Origin: Callorhinchus milii | Lineage: Eukaryota | Direction of reading: 5' to 3' | Length of the DNA: 64,000 nt | Assembly: GCF_018977255.1 (NCBI RefSeq) | Contig: NW_024704742.1 | Span: 97,652,001 to 97,716,000 of the forward strand | In this document: in pieces, positions 12,703 to 24,640 of the stretch | Numbering within the stretch: position 1 is the first letter of the stretch | Layout: the number at the start of each line of letters is the position of its first letter | The notes under the pieces: model-generated | The model's database searches: none | Told to the model about the DNA's origin: nothing | Seen by the model: the letters and a program-made list of their open reading frames with translations, nothing else | Translations under genes and position numbers: made by a program

Positions 12703-15132
12703 TTGAAGTAGAGCTGAAGATTGCACTCATTTCTTAAACTGTTTCACTAAAGTCCTTTTTCTTTTGTTTTTGCAGCATAAAAAAATCTGTTGATCTTTAC
12801 TGGCTTTTCCACTTTTCTGCACTTATTTACTTAAAAAAAACTTGATGACCTGAATTCCAAAATTGATGGTGCAACAAAGTTCAGTCTCTGGGTTGTGGTT
12901 ACTTTAAACTCACTCTGCATTGCACCTTAATTGACAACAGAAATCTAGGTGGCTGTTTACATACAAATTTACTCCTAATTAAAAGGATGATTGAGACCAA
13001 TAAAAAAAACATTTTAAATTACATTGCTATCACCCATCCTTTGCTTGCTTCCATTGACCTCTCTACTCAATAAGTAGAAAATGTGGACTCCAAAGGTGTA
13101 TACCACACCCTTAGAGAGAGGAAGGCCTAGAACACAAGGCAAATGGATGCGTTGGCCACTGTTTTCTGGGTGAAAGCAATCTCAGCTTATTATTGACTTT
13201 CCCAATTGCCCAATGAGGACATTTTGACATTGTTCACTTATCTCTACCTGCCTTAGAGACCATAGTCAGAAAAAGATATGTGAGTTAGAAACCTCTGCAA
13301 ATGCACAATTTCACTTATGTTTTGTTGGTGCCCTAGATCCACCTTACAAAATACACTGGGCAGATTTCAGACCTGGGCTACAATTAAGGCTTCAAATGCA
13401 GAGGAAGCTGTAATGTCAAGAGAATAATAACAGCTTGCATTTACATAGCGCCCCTCATGCAGGGTAGCTTCCCAGAGGACTGAATATCACTTAGATAAGC
13501 GATATGCTAAGGAAAACGAAACCTGTATAAATGATTTTGTCATTTATGGTGGGTGGTGCATTTTTAACCCAATCTGTAATATAAATTCACCCTCAACTGA
13601 AAGACTATTTCAGTTAAAATAAAATCTGAATTTTTTCAAGCTCTGCAGGTATTTCTAACAAGTATTGCTCAATAGCAATTAATATTATCTCCACCCACCA
13701 CAATTTTTGAAGCCTGACTATACTGAAACCAAATTATTTTGCTCCTATTGCTGCCTTAGCTGGCATCACATAAATCAGCACAGCACAAATTATAGTTGAG
13801 CTTCCTGCAAAACTAATCTCATCCCCATTCTCATCTCATCCCCTTCCTTATTTAAATCATTTCCACAATGATTACCAAAAGCAATTATTCTGTATTGTTT
13901 CATCCACCCCCACTGTTGTTCATTCCTATTGAAAAGATAATGCCAGGCATTTACAACCAGGGGTTCATGTGATGAAAAATGTTTGGTTTGATTAAATGCT
14001 GCCATCTGATATTTCAATGTTGGAAAATTCTGTTGTGAAATATTAAAGAGACCAATATAAGAAGCCATTATGAAAATTCATATTGTTATATATGTCACTT
14101 ATTTAAAATTGAGACCAAACCAGAGTATAAATACATGTCTTTCCTGTATTATGCATACTTTTAAATTATCCTATCTTCATATAAACACAGACTGGGTTGT
14201 GGAGAATATGAAAGGTAACGGATGAAAAGTATTGTTGGAAGGAATTCATCCAGTGTGTTAGACATTTGATGAGGAGTTTGGATGAAGGCTTTGTCCTGCC
14301 TACTTTAAATTGCAAATACTAGAATTTAACATTATGAAAAGACACTCATTCTGATGATGTAAACTCTTGAGAACACTGTTTTATGGTTCGACTACTATAA
14401 ATGTGCCTGTAATTCAAGTTGTAAAAATGACTATATACAAATGATAGTAACCTGAAAGTTATCCTCTTAATGACCTTTTTTTCCTACAAAAAGAAAACTA
14501 TCTGTACAGTGTTGAGACCACTGTCGCATGTAATAGCATTGTCTGTGGTTCCAGGTCAATCATTTGTATGTATTGAGGATGAACTGTCGGAATTTGTATA
14601 CAGGTACATTAGATTTTTTTCTTTTTTAGCACTTCATGTAGGTTGCCCAGAATGAATACAAATGCCTTGAATCTCTTATCGTCAACTACCTTTTATTGAT
14701 GACTCTTTTATTGGTAGATAAATTGGTAGATTAATATCTTTTATGAAAACTTAGCATTAATTACTTTTGAACTGTTAAGTGATCATATTTCTTTGAGAAA
14801 TGATGACCAGTTGTGTTTTCTATGGAAATCTTTTTTGAGCCAGCTTTTGAAAATCAGTCAGAATTTATGTAAAATGTACTCTTGGCACAGGAATCTACAG
14901 TTCATGTCCGAAGTAAGAATAGCATTGATCAGCTATCTGGATTTTACAAGTGATGTTTCAGTAATCTCTCAAATTGTGATATAAAATTATGATTATGTTA
15001 GAATCCATGTAATATTGATTAAGACCTGAGTATATTATTTGAGTGGTCAAATTGAAAACAATTCCACTTAAAAATGCACAGAACAGATGCCAATGCATTC
15101 TACCAATGTAATTTACTGCAATTCCCAATGCA

Positions 15133-15455
15133 CAGCAACAACAAAATTGCATTTGTAAAGCGCCTTTCACGTCGGGAGAATGTCCCAAGGCACTGAACAG
15201 TCAGGGTTGGGATGAGGGAGGGCAGAGGGGAGCTGAAGGAATGGTCAAAAAGGAGGGTCTTGAGTTGTGTCTTGAAGAAGGCAAGAGAGGGAGCAAGGCA
15301 AAGGGATTGTCGGATGGTGTTCTAAAGCATGGGGGCAGAGAGGCTGAAAGACCGGCCGCCGATGGTAGGGCGAGTCGGGCAGGAGACCTGGAGCTGGCCG
15401 GAGCCTGCTGAGCGGACAGATTGATAGGGGGTCATTAGGTCAGAGATGTAGGAGG
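15133..15455 (-). mobile_element. L2 3' fragment within the presumed RFK 3'UTR
   Basis: (CAA)n plus the reverse-complement L2 tail gcgcctttcacgtcgggag. Confidence 0.85.
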
Positions 15456-15593
15456 TGTAAAATTGTACTCTGTATTGTATTTCTGTGAATGAAGAAATGT
15501 ATCATTGTGCTGTAACTACTGTATAAGGTTTGTTTTTATATACTACCTTGATTTCCTTGGCTTTGCCTTGGGTCAAACCTGTTAGATGGTTTT

Positions 15594-15599
15594 AATAAA
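15594..15599 (+). promoter_or_regulatory. RFK: Candidate RFK poly(A) signal (alternatives at 12999, 13618, 16931)
   Basis: AATAAA followed about 30-50 nt later by a GT/T-rich tract (gtatgtttgcattctgtgttttt). Confidence 0.4.
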
Positions 15600-16289
15600 T
15601 GCCTAATTTAAAAAAAATGTATCCATAGGTATGTTTGCATTCTGTGTTTTTCAGTTACATCCATATTAAATCGATGAAATTAAAATATCCTAAATCATGA
15701 CATCTTTTAGTCCAGATAGTAATTTTTTTTGGTCAATACGATGAGTCAAAAGATCAAGGTCTGTTTATCACAGTTTGGGGAGTTGGGAGATCTGACTGGA
15801 GTCTCCTTAGGCCTGAGCTGGCCATACAGTTTTTTTTACCCAACTCCCGTACATACGCAGGGTTTTCACATGTGCTAGACCAGAAACGGCTGACCAAGAA
15901 AAAATTACAAATAGCCTGCCAGTTATGAGTGGCAGCAATAAGGTAACATATTTTCTCATAATCTAATTCAGAAACTCTTATATCTAAATATAAGGGTCAG
16001 GGCAATGGCAGCTTTACTTTACAAATGAACATCTATCTGAGGGTGATCAATGTGTTCAAACCAGAAAAGATTCCATTATTTTCAGTATTCTCTACATATC
16101 ACAAGAATAAGCGAGGATTAAACATCAGAAATTGATGCATTGTAACCTCTTTGTACAGACAGTTTCACTATAACTAACTGTGTGACTATAATTATACGTA
16201 CATAGATTTGGCAATTTTCTTGTAGTGGAGAGATGTAAGTTGCCAGACTAGAATTCTGTAGCTTTTTAATATTTTAAATATTGAAGGGG

Positions 16290-16497
16290 TGAGGACCAAG
16301 GACAGAGCCCTGAGGAACAACACACGTGACAGTGGGGGCTGGAGTGAAGCTGTGCATGGACCACAGACATGATGAGAAAGGTAATATTTCAACCAGGCAA
16401 GATTTGAAGCTTGAGCTGAGAGGTGAGTGGTAGTCGACAGTGCCAAAGGCAGTAGGGAAATCAAGGAGGGTGAGGAAACAAATAGATCTGGTCACAG
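16290..16497 (-). mobile_element. L2 RT internal fragment
   Basis: LLDFPTAFGTVDY...VPQGSVLGP. Confidence 0.8.
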
Positions 16498-17111
16498 GTG
16501 GACATTTAAATAAATATCTAAATGTTGATCTTTTGGCTCAAGAGTTTTTTGTTTTGTTTCGACCATACTGTTGAATATTGTAATGTTTTTTTCTTTCCCT
16601 GTCTGTTATTTATAGACAACAACTTTTCCTAGTACTGTGTATTACCTGCGATTTACATTTTGCTGTTATTTCTAGACCATTTTACCCTGTACTTTTTCCT
16701 TCTTTATCTGTTATATCTTGCCGCATTCTAATCACACTTATTGGATCACCAGAATAGTGCATCGCATAACTTTCATAATCTTCCATCAGTTAGAAGTATG
16801 AAAGGAGACCGTCTTTTTTTTAAAATCATAAGACAGTAAGGAACACTATTTCAGTGTTCACTGGTTAAATGTTTGTGATTTATACCTCATCCACCATCCA
16901 TAGCAATTTCATTAGAACCCTGAAAGAATCAATAAACATTTTTGAGCTGTTGAATGTCAATGAACAGTTTTGAACTGGTTTGCTCTTCTGTCTGATGGAG
17001 ATTGCTTGCAGGCAATCATCTTTGAGGGAAAACAAATTAAAAACATTAAATGTGTTTCACATGAGGAGATTCACTCAAAAGATTCCCAAATTTATTTAGT
17101 ACAAAGCTCTT

Positions 17112-17117
17112 TTTATT
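17112..17117 (-). promoter_or_regulatory. PCSK5: Candidate PCSK5 (B isoform) distal poly(A) signal
   Basis: Minus-strand AATAAA (tttatt), with a second one at 17091; about 3.5 kb past the stop. Confidence 0.35.
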
Positions 17118-17814
17118 CAGTCTCTGCAAAGTACATAAAATTAGTCTCATAATCACATCAGTGAATATCCTACAGCGATCAAATGGGAACTTTCAAAACT
17201 CCATCAGAGATCATTGTACTTTATTTCTATGAATTGGTGTGAAGCACCTGGACTTAGAAATCTGCAAACTGTTGATTTAATCACCAAAGCAAAAACACTT
17301 ATCTAGCAACAGCTAAAATTACATAAATACACAATAAACTATTTCTAACTATAGTTCTGAGTCTGTGTTTTATCAATCTTTCAATCATATATATATGTCA
17401 ATTGATTTTCAAGGATCTAACATAAACATCCAAAAATACATAATTATGTTCACTGAAGATTTAGGGTACATCAAAGGCACAATATAGTCCCTATAGGGTT
17501 TGCCAGTGTCCTACATTTGAAATTGTAAATAGACTGTACCAATCAGCAAAATAACAGTTCATTGTATTGGTAATAGTGACGATTAATTGACTATTCAGAT
17601 ACATTTAAAGTTATTTTTATATTTATATTCAGTCTTGCATAATACATTATTGATAGACTGAAAGAACTGACTGCAGATTCTGGCTCCAATCCCCAGCCCG
17701 ATGACAACCTATCTCAATCAACTCATATTTAACAGTGAGCTAAAAATCCATTTGTATAACAATAAGCAACCTTTTAAAGAATTTCAAATGATCAGATGAA
17801 AAGTGCTGCGAGTA

Positions 17815-17970
17815 CTTTATCATACCCATACTGTTTGTTGTATTATAACCCTATTATATACTTTATCATAACCTTATTGTACATTGTATTATAACCATAT
17901 TATATCCTGTATCATTATACTCTATTATATTCCTATTGTATTATTCCAAGTTGTGCACTGTATATTGTAG
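17815..17970. repeat. Degenerate AT-rich minisatellite
   Basis: Recurring tgtattataaccctattatat variants with about 19-20 nt period. Confidence 0.55.
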
Positions 17971-18329
17971 CCCTTCCAACCTTTTTGATAGCTAATTAAT
18001 AGGGAATTAAAATAATTAGAAGATTTAATTGGTTAATAAGTGATCATTAATTGCCATTGGGTTTTTCAAATCAACTCCAGATGATATACATACTGTGTTT
18101 CTAATCAATACAAAACTAAATACAGCTATGAAAATAAAATTATGAATCTAAATTAAGATAGTAAATTGACCAGAATTTCTCTTCTTTCAGTTTGCAAATG
18201 GCTAGTGCGCTCAGTGTAAATCTTAAATATATAAATTAGATCTTCCAGAAGAAAAACATTTGCAATAACCAAATAGAAACTTTTAGGTTTGAGGTGCTCC
18301 ATACTAGAATGTGTTATTTGCCAAGTTGT

Positions 18330-18815
18330 AAAGTTGATAAAGTGCCGCGTAGGAAGCTTGTTACAAAGGTTACGACACATGGTACTAATGGATAGAAAGT
18401 TTGTTAAAGGATAGGAAAAAGAGAGTGGGAATAGAGGATTGTTTCTGTTAGGACCACTGCTTTTCTTCATTTATCATCTAGATTCTGTATGAGGGGCACC
18501 GTTTCTAAGTTTGTAGATGACACGAATGTGATATGATAATTTTTTGGGAGGAATAATAAGGACAACACGTATATGTTGGATGGTATAATATTAAAAGAAG
18601 AGCATAGAGATATGGGAGTTAAAGTACATAAATCCTTAAAGGTGGGAAGGCAGGTGGACAAAGCTGCCAAAAAGCTAATGGAAACTTGTTTTATAAATAG
18701 GCCTATAGAACATAAAAGCAAAGAGATGATTCTAAACTTATATATATTGTTAGTTAGACCACTGGTAAAATATTGTGTCCAGTATTTAGGAAAGATGTCA
18801 GGGTGATAGGACAGG
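18330..18815 (+). mobile_element. Degenerate, internally deleted CR1
   Basis: SKFVDDT (compare SKFADDT), DMGVKVHKSLK and LVRPLVKYCVQ remnants. Confidence 0.75.
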
Positions 18816-19334
18816 CATACCTGATAGGATTTTGTCTTACAAGGCTGTGCACATACCTAAATTTCAAAATATCAATGACAGGCAAGAATGCCACCAACAA
18901 ATGCATGGATCACTGCAGACCTGCCTCAGCTTTTTCCCAGCAAGTGTATCAGAACCGGTACAAGGCCAGGGAGAACACTTCCACAGAAATATTGTTTTAG
19001 ACATGGTCCTTATCGTAACAAAATGGGAAAGAACTAAGTGAACACACTTTGGGATTTGGAACTGCAATCTTCTGATGCTGAACACAATACTTAATTAATG
19101 AGCTATCCAAGATGTCATTTTAATTTAGGAAGAAACATCAGAAAAATAAATAAATTGGATTCAGACCTTGACTTGGCTTTCTTCTGTAGATACAATATGT
19201 TGGTTATTATGGTTATCATATGTCAAGTTAATAGAGGAGCTGTGATTGAATACAGTATAAATTGTATAGTCGGTGAATAAAGATACACTTGCACTGTGCA
19301 ACCTCAGAGTGAAGACACTTTGTGTTATGAGGGT

Positions 19335-19548
19335 AGTGTTACAACTCAGAACCTCCAAATGCTGTGAATGCAGGATCAATTGAAATGTTCAAGACTGAGG
19401 TGGATAGATTTTTGTTAGGTCAGGGTATCAAGGGATAAGGATAAAGGTGGGTAAATGGAGTTGAGGTACAGATCAGCCATAATCTAATTGAATGGCAGAA
19501 CAGATTCTAGGGGCTGAATGACCTACTCCTGTTTCTACGTTTATGTAT
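19335..19548 (+). mobile_element. CR1 3' end
   Basis: ttcaagactgaggtggatagatttttg...gggctgaatgacctactcctgtttcta. Confidence 0.8.
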
Positions 19549-20023
19549 AACTCTTTACACTGACATGTTTTGGTTTGGGTTTTAGTTTACTATATTTTTA
19601 CAACATATGTTTGGACATTTGTTGCATTTGATAGCATCCTTTTTCTTGAAATAAACATTTTTATGAATTGCTTTTCATCGTTTTTCTGCTACTGACACTT
19701 CACGATTCTGGACACTCAGCCATTCTCAACAATAACAAATTAAGGATAGGTGAGGTTCTACTTTAATGTAATCTACTCTTGTCTGGACAGTTTTGGGACA
19801 GACTTGTTTTCAAGGAAGTTGAAATTCCAGTGTCTGGTATTAGTAGAAAGTAATCACAATTAGTATTTGTTTTGAAACTTAGCAGTAACTTTAAACAGGA
19901 AATAAAAACTTTTACATTGAGAAACCCTCGGCAACAAATCATACTGGCTGGAGGAGGCTTCTTTGTATCGACTGATGCAACATCAAATACAATATAGTAG
20001 TTGTTTTAATTTCACAAACTACT

Positions 20024-20197
20024 GGGGAGAAATTCTACCTGAGTCTAGATTTACTTTATTTTCTAAGCATTTTAGAACGTCCAAAATTTGCAGATTCTTA
20101 AATACAGCCTACATTTCTATAAGTTCTTCTAAGAAATAAGCCAAATTCTGGATGTTCTGAAATGCTAAGAAAATAGACCCAGGTGGAATTTCTCCCT
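20024..20197. mobile_element. Palindromic MITE in the presumed PCSK5 3'UTR
   Basis: TIR GGGAGAAATTCTACCTGAGTCTA / TAGACCCAGGTGGAATTTCTCCC plus an inner 32-bp inverted repeat; related copies at 35251 and 63013. Confidence 0.8.
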
Positions 20198-20598
20198 ATA
20201 TCTCAAATTTAAACTGCATACAGGCAATGGAATCTATTTTTTAAAAAATATTTTGAAGGTAATATAATGGTGGGAATATTCTTCTAAATGTATGAAATCC
20301 TTTCTTTTTAGCACATTATTTCCTGATATGAATAGTGGGACTAGTGCATATTCAGTGCACCTCTCAATACGGTTGGTTGCATGGTCCATATGTTAATAAG
20401 TCAAGGTTCATTAACCTTAATTACAGCCTCACCAATGCACTGAATGGGAAAGAGAAAACTGGTCAAACAACAACCACCCAACCCTGCATTCTGAGCATTT
20501 TAAGTATCCTTAACTGGGTGGTACATTAAGCGCATGGATTAAGTACAACTTTTTTTTAATTGAGAAAAGCAATATAAATTAATTCAAATTGCATTTTA

Positions 20599-21014
20599 TC
20601 ATTTGAAAGAGTAACTTTCATCATCATACTCCAGTTCATCATCATCGTCTTCGTCCAGCAATCCATATTTGAATTTGCGGTAAACAGTGCCATCCTGGCC
20701 CATGTAGACAATATCCTCATCCTCGTTGTCTTCATCATCCACCTCCGGCTGTCGATCTTTGTAATCGATCACTTGGCTGTCCCGAATGGTCACGTTGTCT
20801 TTGCTTGCATTATAGAAGGGTGTGGGTTTTCCCTGGTTGGGCAGTTTTTCATATCCCGCCCTGATAACGAGCTTCCCCTTTGAACGCGCCTTCAGCAGAA
20901 GAAACACACCAACACCAATTCCCAAAATGAGTAGAACTGAGGCAATGGCGAATAAGGTTGGTTTTCCTGTCGCATTACTATCAGGATCTATAGCTCTCCT
21001 TAAAACACATTCAT
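20599..21014 (-). CDS. PCSK5: PC5/6B terminal exon: TM helix and cytosolic tail
   Basis: cag acceptor at 21015-16. (D)ECVLRRAIDPDSNATGKPTLFAIASVLLILGIGVGVFLLLKARSK...GYEKL...DDEDNEDEDIVYMGQDGTVYRKFKYGLLDEDDDDELEYDDESYSFK*; TGA followed directly by TAA. Confidence 0.97.
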
Positions 21015-21079
21015 CTGATTTGTGGGTAGGAGAAAGAAAATATCAATGAGACTTCAGAATGTTATGCTATGAAAAGTTT

Positions 21080-21350
21080 AATAATAATAATCCTTGCATT
21101 TGATATAATGCCGTATCTCATCGTTGAGACATCTCAAAACGCTTCACAAGATATACTGTATAGTGGATTGAGTGTATTTGTGAGTGAAATCCAGCAGCCA
21201 ATTGCAAACAGCAATGTCCCACAAACAGCCATGGAGTGAGTGACCAATTTTATTTTAGGAGGATTGTTGGCCAGGACACTGGAGAAACTCTGTTCTCCTT
21301 TTGAATAAATCCGTGGGGTATTTAACATCCACCAAATAGGACCTCAGCTT
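21080..21350 (-). mobile_element. Deu-domain SINE 3' part
   Basis: (TAA)n tail plus gcagccaattgcaaacagcaatgtcccacaaacagc. Confidence 0.8.
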
Positions 21351-22068
21351 TTCTGGAATAATAAATGCAAATTGGCAAAGTATCTTTGATAAATACCACG
21401 CTGAAGAATTATTTAGAATAACTAAATGGCAAAAGTTGGGCTCGGATACATTGCGTAAAATGCTGACTTCAGAATATTTAAGATGTTGAAATGGATAAAA
21501 AGAGTTCAATTATCAAGCAAGTGTTCAATGATATATGAAGGGACAGTAGCTAAGCTTTCTCTTATTCCCACTGAAATAAAGGGATGAAAAAGGAAAATGT
21601 GGTGTAACAATTATCACTGGTGGGTGGTAATTATCACATCATACACTGCACTGTTTATTTTCCCCAACTGGGAATTAAGAATAAATAAATTAGAGATCAC
21701 AGGACCTCTAATGTCTAAAGACAGATGGGAGCAGTTTAAACATTTCACCTGAATGATGGTACCTGAAAGAGGCAGTGCTCAACTTGTGATAGCCTGGACA
21801 AACAGCTTACTTCCCAACCTATGGCTTAACCCAACAACCTTCTGAAGTGAGAGAGCTACCAACTGAACCAAACAGGACCCACTTCAGATATGTGCTGGAT
21901 TTCGTATTACTAATTTCTAGTCTTGCTTTGAGACCTGTTATTGTGATATTTTATGTGCTTCTTAAGTGAAGTTTTAACTTTGAAGCCAGTTTTCTGGCAT
22001 CAAACAAATACACTATTGATTGGATTTCAGGAAAGAGCACTAATGGTTAATTGTAATGTCAACCTTAC

Positions 22069-22252
22069 CGAATCTCACATCACAATCACAGCAGTCTTCA
22101 AGTTTGGACTGAACGTATTTGCAGCAATGTAAACAATTGCCACCATCCAAATTCATCACAAGGGGTGGAAGGCAATCGGTGCAGTTGTATTTCCCTGGGC
22201 CCTTGCACTCCAGACATTCAGCACTGCACTTCTCACACAGTATTTCTGGATC
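22069..22252 (-). CDS. PCSK5: PCSK5 Cys-rich (furin-like repeat) exon
   Basis: AG/GT bounded, 184 nt, phase 0-1; DPEILCEKCSAECLECKGPGKYNCTDC...CCDCDVRF. Confidence 0.95.
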
Positions 22253-23897
22253 CTAATTATAAGGATGGGGGGAAAAAAAGAGACATTAAAAATCTACGCA
22301 AAAGCAAACGTTTGAATTAGTTGAACAGTCATTTAAAAAATCTCTAACAAGGAAATGCCAATATTTTAGTAATTTATTTTTTTCCTGTTGCCAATCTTCT
22401 ACTCTCCACCTCTGCTGGAGACCCAGACACATTTGGTATGTAGAATCCCAGCTGCTCAAGAGTGACAAGAAATGCTTCACTGACAATTCCCATTATTCAC
22501 TGAACAGTGCCAGAATTTTGTTGATGGTCATCCAATTCTAAGATTCAAACTTGGAGGCTTTTTAATACGGAATCCCTATATTAAATTTACTCTCCAGTGT
22601 AGAGCTGAACTTACCCTGAAGGTAAGGGGGCCAAAAGTGCAGTCGAAAAGATACGTCTAAAAACATATCCCACTTCGCTCAAACATATTATTTCCACTGT
22701 TTGGCAAGTCAGTAAAGAGAGGACATGAAGGCAATCAATAAAAGAATTAGAGGGGAGCTTAGAAAACAAATCCTTGCACAGCTGTTAGCTCGAATGTGGA
22801 AATCTCCTTTATAATTATAATAATTGTCATCATGAGAATAATCATGACAATTGATATAGCAAAGCACTTCACACCATACACTGTAAAGTGGAGTGACTGT
22901 GTCTTTTGAAGGCAAAATGAAGTGACCCTGGTAGAATAAAATAATAAACTCAGGAGAATTTTTATTGATGAGATACAGTTGATGAGATTTATTGAGAGAT
23001 GAAAAAAATCGCTCAATTGTCTTACAACAACTTGCATTTATATAATGCCCTCCACGCCAGGCGACGTCCCAGAGCACTTAACAATGGGGGAGCCCTACGC
23101 TGAGCCAGAGGGAGCGGGAAGGTGACCATAGGCACGTTCGAAGAGGAAGGTCTTTAGGCGCAACCTGAAAATGGGGAAAGAGGGGGCAAGGTGATAGGAT
23201 TGAGGGATGGTTGAACAAAAACAACAACTAGTATTAAAGTCGTTTATTGACCAGCAAAGCTTCTTGAGCCACCTGTTTTCTCACTGGAACCTGCAACTGG
23301 CAATTCCCTAGCCAATATTTTTAAAAGAGCCTTGTTTCCCTATCCTACTCTAAGTTTGCTGTCTAGTTCCCAGGATAAAGGAAGAAATGGCTGGCTTCTG
23401 GGTCATTGGGTCACCACAAACATCGCTGTAACAATGTCAGTGACCTAATGACATGGAGGTCGCCCATTTTATTGTGAAAAGTCTGCTAGTGCATATGTCA
23501 GCTGTGTGTATGTGCAGTTAATGGAGTCCACATTGCAATTGCATGATAAGTGAATTTGCACTTAGTGAACAGAGTTGCATTGTATTTCTAAAGCTAAACT
23601 ACCGATTATGCATTTCCAACATATAATGGTTTAATTTCATTTTTTTCAGCATTCAATTTCTCTTGCAAAATTGGGTTTATATTGTGAGTCAGCTCCTCAG
23701 CAATTTCCTTGAGATTTGATTAGTGGCCTATAACGTACTCAATGAATTGTTGCATCAAGAAATACTTATGAATTTGGATGGCTTTTCTTTGAAACTTTTT
23801 TTTTATTGTTTCTTTCAGTTTACCAGTATTGTTGTTATTGTTATTCAATAACGTTTGTAGAACAAAACATAGGAAATGTACCAGAAAATTAAGACTA

Positions 23898-24640
23898 CTA
23901 CAACAACAACAACAAAATTACATTTGTATAGCGCCTTTCACGTCGGGAGGATGTTCCAAGGCGCTGGACATTCAGAGTTCCGGACCTGAGCTGGGGGTTG
24001 GGATCAGGGAGGGTGGAGGGCAAGAGGGGAAGCAGGGAGATCGAAAGGATGGTCAAAGAGGAGGGTCTTGAGATGAGTCTTGAAGGAGGCAAGGGAGGGG
24101 GCGAGGTGGAAGGACTGCGGGATGGAGTTTCAGAGGGTGGGGGCAGTGGCAGAAGGCCCACCCGCCAATGGTGGGGAGATTGAGGCAAGGAATGTGAATC
24201 AGGCCGGAGCCTGCTGAGCAGAGGGAGCGAGCAGGATGGTAGGGGGTTAGGAGGTCGCAGAGTTAGTGAGGAGCAAGACCATGGAGGGCTTTGAGGGTGA
24301 GATCCATGATCTTGAACTGTATCCTCTTTGTGATGGAAATTCAGTGGAGTCAGGTGAGGATGGAGATGACAGGTTCACGGAGCCTGGTGCGGGAGAGGAC
24401 ATGGGCTACAGAGTTCTGGATGATCTGCAGCCTATGGAGGGAGAAGTTAAGGAGGCCAACAAGTAAGGAGTTTGCATAGGCTAGCATTTCGATGTAATGA
24501 AAGTGTGTATGAGGGTTTCGGTGGCCTGTGGTATGAGACAGTGGTGGAGCTGGGCGATGTTGCAAAGGTGGGGGAAAGCAGAGGGATCATAGCACAGATG
24601 TGGTGTAGAATGGAAAGTTGAAGGTCAAAGAAGACAAGGA
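23898..24640 (-). mobile_element. L2 3' fragment
   Basis: [33 protein letters not shown] remnant and (CAA)n tail. Confidence 0.9.

Noticed and set aside
14351..14360. Other CTGATGA motifs (also about 28830 and 59897) as hammerheads or C/D snoRNA boxes
   Set aside because: No flanking stems with a correctly placed GAAA or partner box were seen
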